Source of the DNA: an uncultured Methanoregulaceae archaeon
GTDB taxonomy: Archaea; Halobacteriota; Methanomicrobia; Methanomicrobiales; Methanospirillaceae
Direction of reading: 5' to 3'
DNA: 64,000 bases
Assembly: GCA_963705255.1 (NCBI GenBank)
Contig: OY970061.1
Span: forward strand, 320,001-384,000
Shown: positions 18,069 to 29,903 of the stretch, in pieces
Layout of the letters: each line of letters starts with the position of its first letter
Position numbering within the stretch: position 1 is the first letter of the stretch
Notes under the pieces: model-generated
Told to the model about the DNA's origin: nothing
Seen by the model: the letters and a program-made list of their open reading frames with translations, nothing else
Database searches by the model: none
Position numbers and translations under genes: made by a program

Positions 18069-19724
18069 TCACCTCCCTGTTGCAAAATCATCCCCGCAGA
18101 TCTCGCACCCCCGCAGGAGCACCTGGTCTTTCTTGCTGTTGTACCGGTAGATCGTCACCCCCTTGCATCCGAGCGACCGGGCGAGCAGGAAGATCCTGCT
18201 GATCTCATCCGCATCGGCATGTTCGGGTAAATTAACGGTCTTCGAGACAGCATTGTCGACATGCTTCTGGAAGACCGCCTGCATCCGGATGTGGTGATCC
18301 GCCGAGATCTCGGGGGCGGTCTTGTAGAGCTCCTTCACGACCTCGGGAACCGGCGAGGAAGCAAGGGTGCCTGTCCGGTTTACCTGTGCAAGGATATCCG
18401 TACCGCTGCTAAGGGACTGGAGGTATTTCTTCAGGAGGGGATGGAAGAGGGGCAGCACCCAGGTGCCCATCCGCCGGGTGCTGGCAAGGGAGAAGAGCGG
18501 CTCTATCCCGCTGCTGGTATCGGCGATGAGGTGGAGCGAGCCCGTAGGTGCGATGGTCGTCACGGTGGCGTTGCGCATCGGGTTGGTGTAAATGCTCTTC
18601 TCAATCGCAGGAAACGAGCCCTTCTCCTCCCCCAGTTCCCGGGAGGTCTCCTGTGCCTCGCGGGCGATGAGCGCCATCGTGCGGTCGGCAAAGGCGAGCG
18701 CCTCTTTCGATTCGTACGGGATCTCCATGAGGATGAAGGCATCGGCAAGCCCCATGATGCCGAGTCCGATCTTCCGGGTGAGGAGGGTCCTCTCCCGGAT
18801 CTCGGGCACAGGGAATTTGTTCACATCGATAACGGCGTCGAGGAACTTCACTCCCTGGCGGGTAACCGTCCGCAGGAGGTCCTCGTCCAGGTTCCCGCGG
18901 GCGATGCAGCGGGAGAGGTTGATGCTCCCGAGGTTGCAGCTCTCGAACGGGAAGAGCGGCTGCTCCCCGCAGGGGTTCGTTGCGTCCATGGTCCCGAGGC
19001 CCGGCACGGTATTCTTTTCGTTGATGACGTCGAGGAAGAGGACCCCGGGATCTCCGGTCTGCCACGCCGCAGAGCAGAGCGCATTCCAGAGTTCGCGGGC
19101 ATCGATGCTCTTTTTCACCGAACCGTCCCGGGGATTGATGAGATCGTACTGCAGGCCGCGCTCGAGGCATGCGAAAAAATGTGCATCGAATCCGACGGAG
19201 ATGTTGAAGTTGTCCAGTCCGCCCTGGTTCTTGGCATTGATAAATGCCAGGATATCCGGGTGGGAACTGTTGAGCACCGCCATATTTGCCCCCCTCCGTT
19301 TCCCCCCCTGTTTGATGGCATTCGTTGCCTCGTCAAAGACGCGGATGAACGGGAGCGGGCCGCTTGCGACACCCGATGTCGAAGCTACCGGATCGCCGGC
19401 GGGACGGATACGGCCGAACGAGAACCCGGTACCTCCGCCGCTCTGGTGGATCTGTGCCATGGTAGCAAGGGTGGAAAAAATTCCCTGGAGGGAGTCTTCC
19501 ACAGGTAACACAAAACAGGCAGAGAGCTGGCCGCCGGCTGTTCCGGCATTCATCAGGGTAGGGGAGTTGGGTATGAACAGCAGTTCTTCCATGATATGAA
19601 GGAAATCCTTCGATCCAGGAGTATCGATTGCATCTGCCACACGGCGGAAAAGTTCGTCGGGAGTTTCGTCCGGAAGAAGGTACCGGTATTCAAGGAGTGC
19701 TTCTGCGACAGGGGTCAGATCCAT
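18069..19724 (-). CDS. nrdJ: Adenosylcobalamin-dependent ribonucleotide reductase (class II), compact
   Basis: PNSPTLMNAG, QLSACFV, RRGANM, TNPCGEQ, SCNLGS, TIAPTG, SKTVN, C-terminal CEIC. Confidence 0.95.
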   Translation of the reverse strand: MDLTPVAEALLEYRYLLPDETPDELFRRVADAIDTPGSKDFLHIMEELLFIPNSPTLMNAGTAGGQLSACFVLPVEDSLQGIFSTLATMAQIHQSGGGTGFSFGRIRPAGDPVASTSGVASGPLPFIRVFDEATNAIKQGGKRRGANMAVLNSSHPDILAFINAKNQGGLDNFNISVGFDAHFFACLERGLQYDLINPRDGSVKKSIDARELWNALCSAAWQTGDPGVLFLDVINEKNTVPGLGTMDATNPCGEQPLFPFESCNLGSINLSRCIARGNLDEDLLRTVTRQGVKFLDAVIDVNKFPVPEIRERTLLTRKIGLGIMGLADAFILMEIPYESKEALAFADRTMALIAREAQETSRELGEEKGSFPAIEKSIYTNPMRNATVTTIAPTGSLHLIADTSSGIEPLFSLASTRRMGTWVLPLFHPLLKKYLQSLSSGTDILAQVNRTGTLASSPVPEVVKELYKTAPEISADHHIRMQAVFQKHVDNAVSKTVNLPEHADADEISRIFLLARSLGCKGVTIYRYNSKKDQVLLRGCEICGDDFATGR

Positions 19725-20216
19725 AAAGCCACTAGGTGCCCGTGTTAACGTAATGGCATATATAGTATTGGTTCATGGTAAGCGCTATCTTCTTGCCTTG
19801 CGAAATTCCCGGAAAAATCTTTCCACAAAACTTTTTCCGGAACATTTTCTGCGAATTCAAAAAAAAAAAAACGGCCCATCGCTTATCCTCCACACCGGCC
19901 AGCCGGGGCGCCACCGTCGCGGCACACGGCTGCACCCCCTGCGAGTACAGGCCGGGCCCCCGGCTAAAAAAAGAATTTACGTATTCAGGGGCGACTCGTT
20001 CATGCCAAGGAAATTGAGTGCATTCTCCCCGTACTCGACAGGTGCATACTGGGATCTGACATGCGGGAGCCCCTTGAACCGCACGAGCCATGATCCATTG
20101 ATCTGCCCGGCCATCCGGCACCGGAGCTGATACAGCCGGAACGGACAAGAGGAACTGCCTCGTCCGTCAGCCTTATGCTCCGGCGAACAGCATTGGATAG
20201 AAGATGTGGATAGAAG

Positions 20217-20771
20217 ATGGCTGATAAAAAGTATGAATCATTGATGATTGAGAATATCGTTGCATCCGGCGTGATCGCCGAGTCCATAGATCTCGCTGAG
20301 TTCTCAAAAAATGTCGGGAACTGCGAACTCAACAAGAAACGGTTTCCCGGTGCGGTATACCGGATCCCGGATCCCAGGATCGCGTGCCTGGTCTTCTCGT
20401 CGGGCAAGATAGTCCTCACCGGCATCCGCAACCACCAGGCGCTTGCTGACGGACTTGCCATTCTCGTCAGCTCGTTAAAAAAGGCGGGTATTGAACCTCT
20501 CAAAGAGCCCAGAGTTGCGATCACCAATATGGTCTGTTCATACAATCTCGGGAGATACATCAATATCAACAAGTTGAGCGTCACGCTCAATCTCGAAAAT
20601 ATCGAGTACGAACCCGAACAGTTTCCCGGGCTGGTATACCGGATCAAAGATCCCAAGATCGTCGTCCTTATCTTCTCTTCGGGAAAGATCATTCTCACGG
20701 GTGGCAAGAACCTGAAAGACATCAAGAAGGGGCTTGATATCCTCGAAGAGAAGCTCGCGAGCGTCCTGTAA
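20217..20771 (+). CDS. tbp: TATA-box binding protein
   Basis: IENIVAS...FPGAVYR...FSSGKIVLTG and second repeat YEPEQFPGLVYR...FSSGKIILTG. Confidence 0.97.
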   Translation: MADKKYESLMIENIVASGVIAESIDLAEFSKNVGNCELNKKRFPGAVYRIPDPRIACLVFSSGKIVLTGIRNHQALADGLAILVSSLKKAGIEPLKEPRVAITNMVCSYNLGRYININKLSVTLNLENIEYEPEQFPGLVYRIKDPKIVVLIFSSGKIILTGGKNLKDIKKGLDILEEKLASVL

Positions 20772-21007
20772 AAGAGGACATATTTTTTGGCTTTGTCGAT
20801 GCGGCAAAGACTGCATGGCAGTATGCCGGCAGCGGTTGCTGTAGTGCGGGCAGGATCCACGCCTCGCACGTGCACGACGCCGTCTGTTTCCTGTATAACC
20901 TGCGGGAGTCACGCGATGTACCCTGCCGCAGGAAACGCCATGAATCACGATACTCAAATCAGAACCGTTCATAAAAACCATTAACCATTCAGCGCACGTG
21001 TAAGAAA

Positions 21008-21234
21008 ATGGTGATACTCCTGGAAAGACAGCCCGTGAAGTCCCGTATCCTGCGCTCCGTGGGATATGATGCCACCACAAAAATCCTGGAGATCGAATTC
21101 CAGACAGGACTTGTGTACCAGTATTCGGGCGTCCCTCCGAAAGTCTACAAGGATCTTATGAGCTCCGATGCGATTGGAAAATACTTTTCCGAGAAGATCC
21201 GAAACGGTTCCACACAAAACCGGTGGTCAGATAA
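21008..21234 (+). CDS. KTSC domain protein (frameshift near end)
   Basis: RQPVKSRILRSVGYD...LEIEF...YQYSGVP..VY..LM...IGKYF; likely true stop at 21232-21234 in another frame. Confidence 0.85.
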
Positions 21235-21425
21235 CTATCATTCCCAAAAGGACCCGCATGACAGCCTTGGCCAGCCCCCGTCCGGCGCGTCGCATGAGTT
21301 GAGCCCCGCTCCTCCCCCGCCGGCCAGCCGGGGCTCCAGCCTGCCCGGTGCACGGGACATCCCCGGCATCGATTCCCATCTCACGGGTACCCGGGAAGAA
21401 TGTGGCGGTGGGCCGGTCCGGCATT

Positions 21426-23192
21426 CTAATCGATCCTCTGAATCCTCCCGTCAACCGTCACGTTCACCGGTTGCGGCAACGACCCCACATAGGTAACAAG
21501 TGAATCGACATCGACCGGCCCGTAGGTCGTGTTCGTTCCTTCCTCAAACGTCGTGTACCCGTCACCGCCCATGGCAAGGTACCCGACCGTGGAAACGGTG
21601 TAGCTCGCATTTGCGTCCAGCGGGACACCGTGTATCGTTACCGCAGTCACCTTGCTGCCTGCAGGTTTTGCTGCATCATAGGTATACACAAGTCCCGAGA
21701 CGACGAGATTGCTCGGGGGGAGCGGTTGCTGCCACTGCTGTTCAAGGGCCTGCCGGATCTGAATACCTGACAGGGTCATTGACAGGACCGTCCCGGCCAG
21801 GCTGGGCAGCATACAGGTCGTTCCAGGTAATAGTTCCCCGTGACAGGTCTGAAAAAATGTCGGCGGAAGTATCAAATCCCACGTCTGTATTCATCGCGGC
21901 CCGCTCCCCGTCCGCAACCAGATCTCCCATCGCCGATTCCCCGGCACGGTCCTGGTCCCGGGTAATATTCAGGGCGGCAACGCCGATCGTCCGGTTCTCG
22001 ACCGGAGCAACGGCATTCTGGGCCGCTGCAAGGAGCGCAGCGGCAGCGGGATCCGGGCTGGTGACGGGAGGCTGGTCCGCATATGCCGGGATAATCCGTG
22101 CGGATTTCCCCACGATCTCCCCGCTCGCCCTGTCGATGGTGAGATCGACATCTGCATACCCCCTGCTGTACATGTACGCCTGCGTGACGAGCACGGGTTT
22201 TCCGCCGGCATTGGCCAGGTAGGCGTTGGTAAACTCATGGGTATGGGCGGACAGCACGACGTCGACAGCCGGGTCGAGCCGGGGAATAATTGCGGTCACC
22301 CGCCCGCTCACGTTTCCGTTCGCCCGCGTGGGGCCGTCATAAGGAGTCTGGTTCCCGCCTTCGTGAAGCAGGACAATGATCGCATGCACACCCTGTTTCT
22401 GAATCTCCGGAATATACCGGTTTATGGAATCGGCTTCGTCGAGAAAGGTCACCCCTTCGACATTGGCAGCGTTCGTGAGCTGGGGGGTGGTCATCGTATC
22501 TGCACCGATGAACGCAATCGTCACCCCGCTGACATTTCGCAGGGTATAGGGCGGGAGGACGGGAGTGTTGTTGGCTGTCCAGACCACATTTGCGCAGACA
22601 TAGCCGATTCTCGTGCCGGGTACGGATCGACGAGGTGGGTGATATTCGTCGCCCCATCCCCCCCGTTTATCTTTCTCATCAGTTCCGGTATCCCGTTATT
22701 GAACTCCTGGTTGCCCAGCGTTGCAACCATATTACAGGAGACATTCGGGGAGTTCGATCCGACGGTACAGTACTGGTTTGCAAAGCTGTTGAAGAACAGC
22801 ATCGTCGGCTCGTCAAGGAGCAGCCCGGATACGGGAGGCGATGACCCGACCACATCCCCGGGCAGGGCGATGATGGTGCCATCTGCATTCCCGGACGCCA
22901 TCGCCGATTTGAGGTAGGAGGCCAGTACCGGGGCACCCCCGACGGGGCGGTTGTTCAGGGTCTGCCCCGGGGGCATGTGCCCGTGGAAATCGTTTACCGC
23001 GAGAATTTTTACATGGACGGTCGCGTTGGTATGCGGTGCCTGGGCAGGCCCGGAAAGATACCCTGAAAGGAAAATCGGTGCCAGTATGAGAACACAGAGA
23101 ACGCAGAACCCCAGGAGAATCTGTAGCTTGATCGGGATCCTGTCCCACCGGAAGTCGGGTGCCATGATACTGAATCTTTTGTATGCGATCAT
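21426..23192 (-). CDS. Bifunctional metallophosphatase/5'-nucleotidase, membrane-anchored (two frameshifts)
   Basis: VNDFHG, PGD, LGNQEF, LLHEG, SAHTH, GESAMGDLVAD, ALEQQW, YLAMGGDGY across three ORFs. Confidence 0.9.
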
Positions 23193-23652
23193 TTAATTGT
23201 TGAGTTTCCCGGTGAACAGACGGGGGGATACTGTCTGTGGATCCTCTGGATGTTCGTAGTGTCCGACCAGCTGCCGAATTCCCTGCAGAAAAGCCGTATG
23301 CGCTCTGTCCCATCGAGGGAACTCAGGCGGGATCTTCCTTGTGCGCTACCGGGCCCGGTCATCGTGTACCCGGCGATTCTTCCCGCCATCAACCGGGCTT
23401 TTCGTGCTGCCTCCTCCTCCCCGTACGGCTTAACTGGCAGTGCGACAGGACTCCCCTTCATCCTGCGATCGCATGCGTCGACCCTCACCCTTCCCGCACT
23501 CTGCCTGAGCCCCGCCCAGCTCGTACCACGCCTGCCCGGGTGGCCCCGCGGCCCGTTTTTTCCAATGCGTGCACCTGAAAAAATCCCGGCCCTCGGGAAC
23601 CCGTGATTTTCCGGATCGTTGTTGTTTTCAGGATGCGTAAAAAAAGTGCCGC

Positions 23653-25194
23653 CTAATACCCGCTCTTCACCGTCGGGGTCTCATTGATGTCGAGGTACCG
23701 GCCCCCGTCCCGGGTATACTGTGGCCAGGTCACCGTCATCCCGCCATTCGGGTCCCCTGTCTTTGCGAACCGGGTCCAGAGATCCACGAGGTTGTCCCCC
23801 ACCGACGGATCCGATTTGATCCCGGGCAGGCTGAACAACAGGAGGGTCTCGCTGCCATGGAATGCCCCGTTGGGCTGCCCGGGCAGGACATAGGAGTACC
23901 GGTAGAGGTACGAGCTCCGGTTCAGGTCTGCCATCGATCCGGCCGCAAACTTCGCGGAGTCGGAAAAGTCGTAGCGAGTCATGATCTGGGCCAGGCGGAG
24001 CTGGACCTCCTGCGTTGAATTGGCAGGATACTTTGCAAGAACCGCATCCGCATCCTTCCCGAACTGGTTCCGGATAAATGTCACGTACTCCGGAACGGTC
24101 ATGTTCGCGTTCGCGGAGAGCGTGGTCCCGTCGTTGGCGTTCGTCCCGATCATCAGGGGGACCGGGTTCTCGCGGTGGAGACCGAACAGGGCGTCCACGG
24201 AGTCAGGAAGGATCCACCCGTCGATAGTCGGCTCGAAATGGAGGGTGTGGGTGAGATTCCATGAGGTTGACGGCCATGGCATTGCATTGATCAGATCCCC
24301 GACACTCCTGTTTCGCATCTGTGCAATCGCATCCGGGCCCGGATACCCGAGGCTCGTCGCGTACGCTTCTCCAATCTGTTCGGCGTCGGCTTTTGAATGG
24401 ACGTTGTCGATCGTCGGCCCGTTCGCCCAGAAGGGGCCGCTCTCGACAATTGCCTGCCGGTAGAGCCCCCTGCTCTGCGGGCTGACAAGATGGATGAGGA
24501 CGCTCTCCCCTCCAGCCGACTGCCCGAAGATAGTCACCCGTGACGGGTCGCCGCCGAACGCCCCGATGTTCCGCTGGACCCACTGCAGGGCCGCAACCTG
24601 GTCGAGGATACCGTAATTGCCCGAGCTGTTGTGCGGGGACTCGTTGTCCAGCTGGGGATGGGCAAGGAAGCCGAGAGCGCCCATGCGGTAATTGGTCGTA
24701 ACGACGATAACCCCTTTCTCTGCAAGGGTGGTCCCGTTATAGACCGCCATCGTGCCAAACGGAGTGACCTGCCCAAATGCCCCGCCATAGAAGAAGACCA
24801 TGACCGGCAGCCTGTCACCAGGACCCCGTGCGGGAGTCCAGACATTGAGGTACAGGCAGTCCTCGCTCATGTTGGGAACGTAGGATCCGGTGACCGGCTG
24901 GGGGCAGGTCGCTGAATACTCCCTCGTCTCCTTCACACCTTCCCATGGCGTAATGGGTGCGGGCGGTCTCCACCGCAGGTTGCCGGTCGGGGGAGCCGCG
25001 AACGGGATGCCGAGGTAGACCCGGAGCCCGTTCTGCTGTATTCCCGAAACCGAGCCGGCGTCAGTCTTCACAATGCCGGATTCGTTCACAACACCGGATG
25101 CCGGTTCCTTCTGGGCACACCCGGCAAGGAAAGAAAAACCGATGAGGACCAGGCAGATTACCAGAACACAACTTGTCAGCTTGTACGTTTGCAT
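23653..25194 (-). CDS. Carboxylesterase type B lipoprotein
   Basis: LAGC; GIPFAAPP, SEDCLYLNVW, FGQSAGG, FHGSE. Confidence 0.95.
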   Translation of the reverse strand: MQTYKLTSCVLVICLVLIGFSFLAGCAQKEPASGVVNESGIVKTDAGSVSGIQQNGLRVYLGIPFAAPPTGNLRWRPPAPITPWEGVKETREYSATCPQPVTGSYVPNMSEDCLYLNVWTPARGPGDRLPVMVFFYGGAFGQVTPFGTMAVYNGTTLAEKGVIVVTTNYRMGALGFLAHPQLDNESPHNSSGNYGILDQVAALQWVQRNIGAFGGDPSRVTIFGQSAGGESVLIHLVSPQSRGLYRQAIVESGPFWANGPTIDNVHSKADAEQIGEAYATSLGYPGPDAIAQMRNRSVGDLINAMPWPSTSWNLTHTLHFEPTIDGWILPDSVDALFGLHRENPVPLMIGTNANDGTTLSANANMTVPEYVTFIRNQFGKDADAVLAKYPANSTQEVQLRLAQIMTRYDFSDSAKFAAGSMADLNRSSYLYRYSYVLPGQPNGAFHGSETLLLFSLPGIKSDPSVGDNLVDLWTRFAKTGDPNGGMTVTWPQYTRDGGRYLDINETPTVKSGY

Positions 25195-25587
25195 ACGATT
25201 GCATCCTTTCCTGTTTTCAGAATGGAAGAGCCGGGTGTTCGAAGGAGGGAGGGCGGTTTTTCCGGATCCCGCTGCACCTTCTCATCCAAAAATAACCAGA
25301 GACGTTTTTGTGAATATTCCATTGGAATACCTTTAACGCTATGTATCTGCCGGTATCCGATAACCCGTCCCTTCGCCTGCCCTCTCCACAATCGATCGCG
25401 TTCGAAGAATCCTGATGGATTCTTCTCGAGCTCTTACTCCCCCAGGGGAGTAATCGCACGCCCAAACGCCCCCCGCTCACCGGCCCACGACTGCACCGCC
25501 ATGCGGGACCCGGGCGGACCGCTGAGCCGGGAAAATGCGATCCGGGAGGCCTCTGCCACGATCCGGAGCCTGTCCGAACGCGAATTT

Positions 25588-26284
25588 TTAATCAACGTAC
25601 GTGAATTCCGGATACGCTGCAGGTTCTTTTCCCCGGATGAAGATCCCGGCATGGTACAGGACCTGTCGAGGAATTGCCAAATGGCGGGATCCCTTCGTAA
25701 TCATGCCAGCGGGAGAGGAACTCCTGCCTCGGGATCACCCCGCGGGTTCCGAGCATGGCCGGGTCCTCGAAGTATACGTTGCTGCTGTCAAGCCCGATCA
25801 CCACCATGTAGTGCCCATCCTCCCAGGTATCGTTCCATGAGATGTTTACTCCGCCGGGATCCCGCCATGCCTGGCATGTGATGATCACCGGGACGCTATC
25901 GGCCAACGACAGCTCCAGATCGCTCAGCGTGAGGTTTGTCCGCAGTTCAGCCTCCAGGCCGTGAGCCCGGGCAACCCGGACGATGGACTCCGGGGGAGTA
26001 CCACTCGCTTCGCTGGTGTTCAGTTCCTGCATGAGCACGCCCTCCCGCAGATCGATTCCCCAGTAACTGAAGACGGCCTGGAGGGATGCAGCCCCGCAGG
26101 AATATGACTGGCTCTGCCGGACATCCGGGACCTGGCTTAAGAGACCGGGGACCGTTGCCGATCCTGGTACGGTCTGGTTGGGCATGACCTGCGGGGGAGC
26201 GGAATTCTGCACGCAACCGGTTGAAACGATGATCCCCGCGAGGAGGACAAGGGACAGGATGAGCAGAGGGAGAGACCTGTGCAT
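25588..26284 (-). CDS. C39 family peptidase lipoprotein (frameshift near C-terminus)
   Basis: STGC; RQSQSYSCGAA, GHYMVVIG, FEDP. Confidence 0.88.
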
Positions 26285-26541
26285 GGCAACACCGTGATTC
26301 AGAGTGGATTGTCCCGGAACCATTTATGGTTTTATGTGTCTGTCGAAAAGAGAAGGGGCTCTCGATTGGTGTGATCTCCCTGATCTGTCCGGTTTTTTCC
26401 GCACGGAAAATCCACCAAGCCGGTCCCGGCATCAGCCCGCCTTTCCCAGTTCTCCCGGGGATCCCGGTAACAAGCGTATTAACAGAACAAGGCAGTAGTT
26501 ATACCGGAATACCTGCGGGTTGACGGAAAGGACACAATCTC

Positions 26542-27528
26542 ATGACGGTCGCATTGCACATCCAGAACCTGACACGGCGCTTCAACGACCTGGTCGCCGT
26601 CGACGATATATCATTTGACATCAATCGGGGAGAGATCTTCGGCCTGCTGGGGCCCAATGGCGCCGGGAAGACGACCACCCTCTCGATGCTCGCCACCATG
26701 CTCACCCCCACGTCCGGTTCGGCGACGGTCAATGGCATCGATATCGGGCAGGACCCGGACGGGGTCAGGAAAGCCATCGGCATCGTCTTCCAGGACCAGA
26801 GCCTTGACGAGGAACTGACGGCCTGGGAGAACATGGATTTCCATGGCCGGCTCTACCGGATCCCGGCAGAGACCAGGAAAGAACGGATCACGGAGCTCCT
26901 CCTGCTGGTGGAACTCAACGACCGCAGGGACGACATCGTCAAGACGTTCTCCGGCGGGATGAGGAGGCGCCTTGAGATCGCCCGCGGCCTTCTCCACCAC
27001 CCCTCGGTCCTCTTCCTCGACGAACCGACGCTCGGCCTCGATCCCCAGACCCGCAATCACCTCTGGAACTACATCGATGCGCTCGCCAGGGAGAAAGGGA
27101 TCACGATTATCCTCACCACGCATTACATGGAGGAAGCGGACCGGTTGTGCAACCGGGTCGCCATCATCGATCACGGCAGGATCATCGCCATCGACACGCC
27201 GGAAAATCTCAAGGACGGCCTCGGGGGGGACCTGGTGACCATCCGGTCACCGGAGCCGGCTGCCGCGGCCGAAGCCCTCAAAGAACCCTGGGTCGTCCGG
27301 GTGGAAACCCATAACGATGAGGTGACCGTCAGCCTGAAGAATGCCGACCAGTTCGTCAGCACCATCGTCACCCTCCTGAACAAGCGGCAGGTCCCCATCA
27401 CATCGATCGCGATCCACAAGCCGACACTCGAGGATGTCTTCCTCTCCTTCACCGGGAAGACCATCCGGGAACAGGAAGCGGACCACAAGGAGACCATGCG
27501 CACCTACCAGCGGATGATGAGGCACTGA
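26542..27528 (+). CDS. ABC transporter ATP-binding protein (DrrA-like)
   Basis: GPNGAGKTT, FSGGMRRR, FLDEPT, TTH. Confidence 0.96.
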   Translation: MTVALHIQNLTRRFNDLVAVDDISFDINRGEIFGLLGPNGAGKTTTLSMLATMLTPTSGSATVNGIDIGQDPDGVRKAIGIVFQDQSLDEELTAWENMDFHGRLYRIPAETRKERITELLLLVELNDRRDDIVKTFSGGMRRRLEIARGLLHHPSVLFLDEPTLGLDPQTRNHLWNYIDALAREKGITIILTTHYMEEADRLCNRVAIIDHGRIIAIDTPENLKDGLGGDLVTIRSPEPAAAAEALKEPWVVRVETHNDEVTVSLKNADQFVSTIVTLLNKRQVPITSIAIHKPTLEDVFLSFTGKTIREQEADHKETMRTYQRMMRH

Positions 27529-27530
27529 CC

Positions 27531-28280
27531 ATGGACATCATCTATACCATCTGGCTCCGGAACATGAAGCGCTACATCCGCTCAAAAAGCCGTATCATCG
27601 GCAGCATCAGCATGCCGCTCTTCTTCCTGCTCTTCCTCGGCTTCGGCATGAACTCCGTAGTACAGCTTCCCGGGCTCGGCGGCAATTATATCGTCTTCCT
27701 GATGCCGGGCATGGTCGCGATGAGCGTCATGTTCACCTCAGTCTTCTCCGGCATCCAGGTCATCTGGGACAAGCAGTTCGGATTTTTAAAGGAGACCCTC
27801 GTCGCACCGGTCTCGCGGCTGGAGATCATGCTGGGCCAGACCGCCGGCGGGGCGACGACGGCTGTCCTCCAGGGATTCATGATCCTCGTCATCTCCCTCT
27901 TCATCGGCCTCCATGTCTCGAGCGTGGCCGGTTTCCTTGTCGCACTCCTGTTCATGGTACTGATCGGCATCTCGTTCACGGCTTTTGGTATCGCCATCGC
28001 GTCAAGGATGGAGGACATGACCGGTTTCCAGCTGATCATGAACTTTGTCATCTTCCCGATATTCGGCCTGTCCGGGGCCCTCTTCCCCATCAGCTCGCTG
28101 CCCCCGTGGATAACGCCGGTCATCCTCATCGATCCCCTGACCTATGGCGTGGAAGGGATCCGGTATGGCCTGACCGGGGTATCCCAGATCAACCCCGGGG
28201 TCTGCCTCGCGGTGATCGGTGGTTTTGCCCTGGCAATGACGGCAGCCGGGGCGTACCTCTTCAGGAAGATCAGGATATAA
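27531..28280 (+). CDS. ABC-2 type permease
   Basis: About six TM helices; GFLKETLVAPVSR, SGALFP, DPLTYGV. Confidence 0.95.
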   Translation: MDIIYTIWLRNMKRYIRSKSRIIGSISMPLFFLLFLGFGMNSVVQLPGLGGNYIVFLMPGMVAMSVMFTSVFSGIQVIWDKQFGFLKETLVAPVSRLEIMLGQTAGGATTAVLQGFMILVISLFIGLHVSSVAGFLVALLFMVLIGISFTAFGIAIASRMEDMTGFQLIMNFVIFPIFGLSGALFPISSLPPWITPVILIDPLTYGVEGIRYGLTGVSQINPGVCLAVIGGFALAMTAAGAYLFRKIRI

Positions 28281-28489
28281 CCGGGAGAGCGATGGATCCG
28301 GGGACCCCCGGAACTGCCCCTCCCCCCACTTACCCCAGCCCATTCCGGTGATCGATCGCCCGCCCATGAGTGTCTATTAGCATCAATCATCGGAACCCGC
28401 CCGGTGCTGGCTCCAACCGGACGGGCAGCCACCAGCGGCCACGGATTCACCGCCGACCGGTGGCCAGCTCCCCGCAGGGAGGGTCCTGT

Positions 28490-28801
28490 TCAGTCACCCA
28501 TCGTGATCGATCGCGTTGACAGGACTTCGTAGATCTTCAGTTCCGTCGGGGCCGCGTGCCATGGTGCGGTCTTTGCAAAAAATTCCTGCATGTGGAGCCG
28601 GGCGAGATGGTAATCGAGGTGGCGCCGGCTCTCCCACTCTTCGAGAAAATGCACTATCCCGGGAGAGGACGCATCAACAACCAGTTCGTACCGGGTGCAG
28701 CCTTCCTCGCTGCGGACCATTGGTATGATCTTCTGTACTTCCCTGATATACTCTCCGCGCCGTTCCGGCACAAGGGTACATCGTGCATCAACAAGTATCA
28801 T
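28490..28801 (-). CDS. ABM family (putative quinol monooxygenase)
   Basis: VRSEEGCTRYEL...FLEEWES...HL...H. Confidence 0.88.
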   Translation of the reverse strand: MILVDARCTLVPERRGEYIREVQKIIPMVRSEEGCTRYELVVDASSPGIVHFLEEWESRRHLDYHLARLHMQEFFAKTAPWHAAPTELKIYEVLSTRSITMGD

Positions 28802-29179
28802 ACATCTCCATCTCTCCGGGCGGTTATCGCAGGGATATCCGGCCCTCTTTTCGTTTTCTTTGGACACTCTCTGATCACGTCTCCCCCTCATTTAACCCTT
28901 GCTACCGTCCCCTTCAGATCAGACGGGGGAGAAAGGCCCCGTCGGGGGCCGCCAGGGAGAACAACCCGGCGGGGCGCCACCGCCGGCCGGATCCGGTAAG
29001 CATGGGAGTTGGTATACCGATGATATGCCCGATTCTTCCTGATCTTCTCTTTGTCGAAGAACGCATCCGTATTCTTCTCCGGCCTGCTATCCGTCGGGCA
29101 GTGGCCGTTCCCGGGAGTCGTTCTATCCTTTGACGGGTAGCGTAAGAATTATCTGCAATGGGATCCAGAGCAACCGCAC

Positions 29180-29860
29180 ATGGGAGAGATCATCGATGAT
29201 CCCCGCTCCGGGAACGAAGCTGATGTCTTTTCCGACCGCCACGATGCGGGAAGACGGCTGGGAGCGTTGATAAAAACACTTCCCGCCATCCGCAACCCGC
29301 TGGTCCTCGCAATCCCGGCAGGGGGCGTGCCGATCGGTAAGGAAGTCGCCGCGGCGCTTGGCGCACCGCTCTCGCTTGCGATCGTGAGAAAGATCCGGAT
29401 CCCCGGCAGCACTGAATCAGGATTCGGGGCGGTGACCTGGGACGGTCAGGTACTGATCAACGAACGGCTGCGTGCTGCCCTCGGCCTTTCGGCGCCTGAA
29501 GTCGATGAGGCGATCGCTGCCACGCAGAAAAATGTTCGGGAGCGGGTTGCCCGGTTTACCGGGGGGAGGACGGTTCCGGCACCTGCGGGAAAGACAGTCA
29601 TCCTGACCGATGACGGTCTTGCATCGGGGTTCACGATGCTCGCCGCGGTAAAGAGCATCCGGCTCCAGGAACCTGCCCGCATCCTTGTCGCCGTTCCCAC
29701 GGCATCCGCGTCCTCCGCCGAGATGGTCTCCCGGCAGGTGGATCGCCTGGTCTGCCTGAACATCCGGAGCGGCCGCATGTTTGCGGTTGCCGAGGCATAC
29801 GAAGAGTGGTATGACCTGGATGACCGGGAAGTTCTTGCAGAACTGGCAGGTATTCCATGA
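29180..29860 (+). CDS. Phosphoribosyltransferase family protein
   Basis: FSDRHDAGRRL, IPAGGVP, VILTDDGLASGFT. Confidence 0.92.
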   Translation: MGEIIDDPRSGNEADVFSDRHDAGRRLGALIKTLPAIRNPLVLAIPAGGVPIGKEVAAALGAPLSLAIVRKIRIPGSTESGFGAVTWDGQVLINERLRAALGLSAPEVDEAIAATQKNVRERVARFTGGRTVPAPAGKTVILTDDGLASGFTMLAAVKSIRLQEPARILVAVPTASASSAEMVSRQVDRLVCLNIRSGRMFAVAEAYEEWYDLDDREVLAELAGIP

Positions 29861-29903
29861 ACCGGGTACTCGCCGGATGGTACCGGCAGGGGGGTCTCCG
29901 GAA

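Noticed and set aside
18261-19599. Long antisense and alternate-frame ORFs over nrdJ (likewise over thermosome, aldo/keto reductase, kinases, lon)
   Set aside because: Shadow ORFs expected from GC-rich coding DNA; no recognisable motifs.
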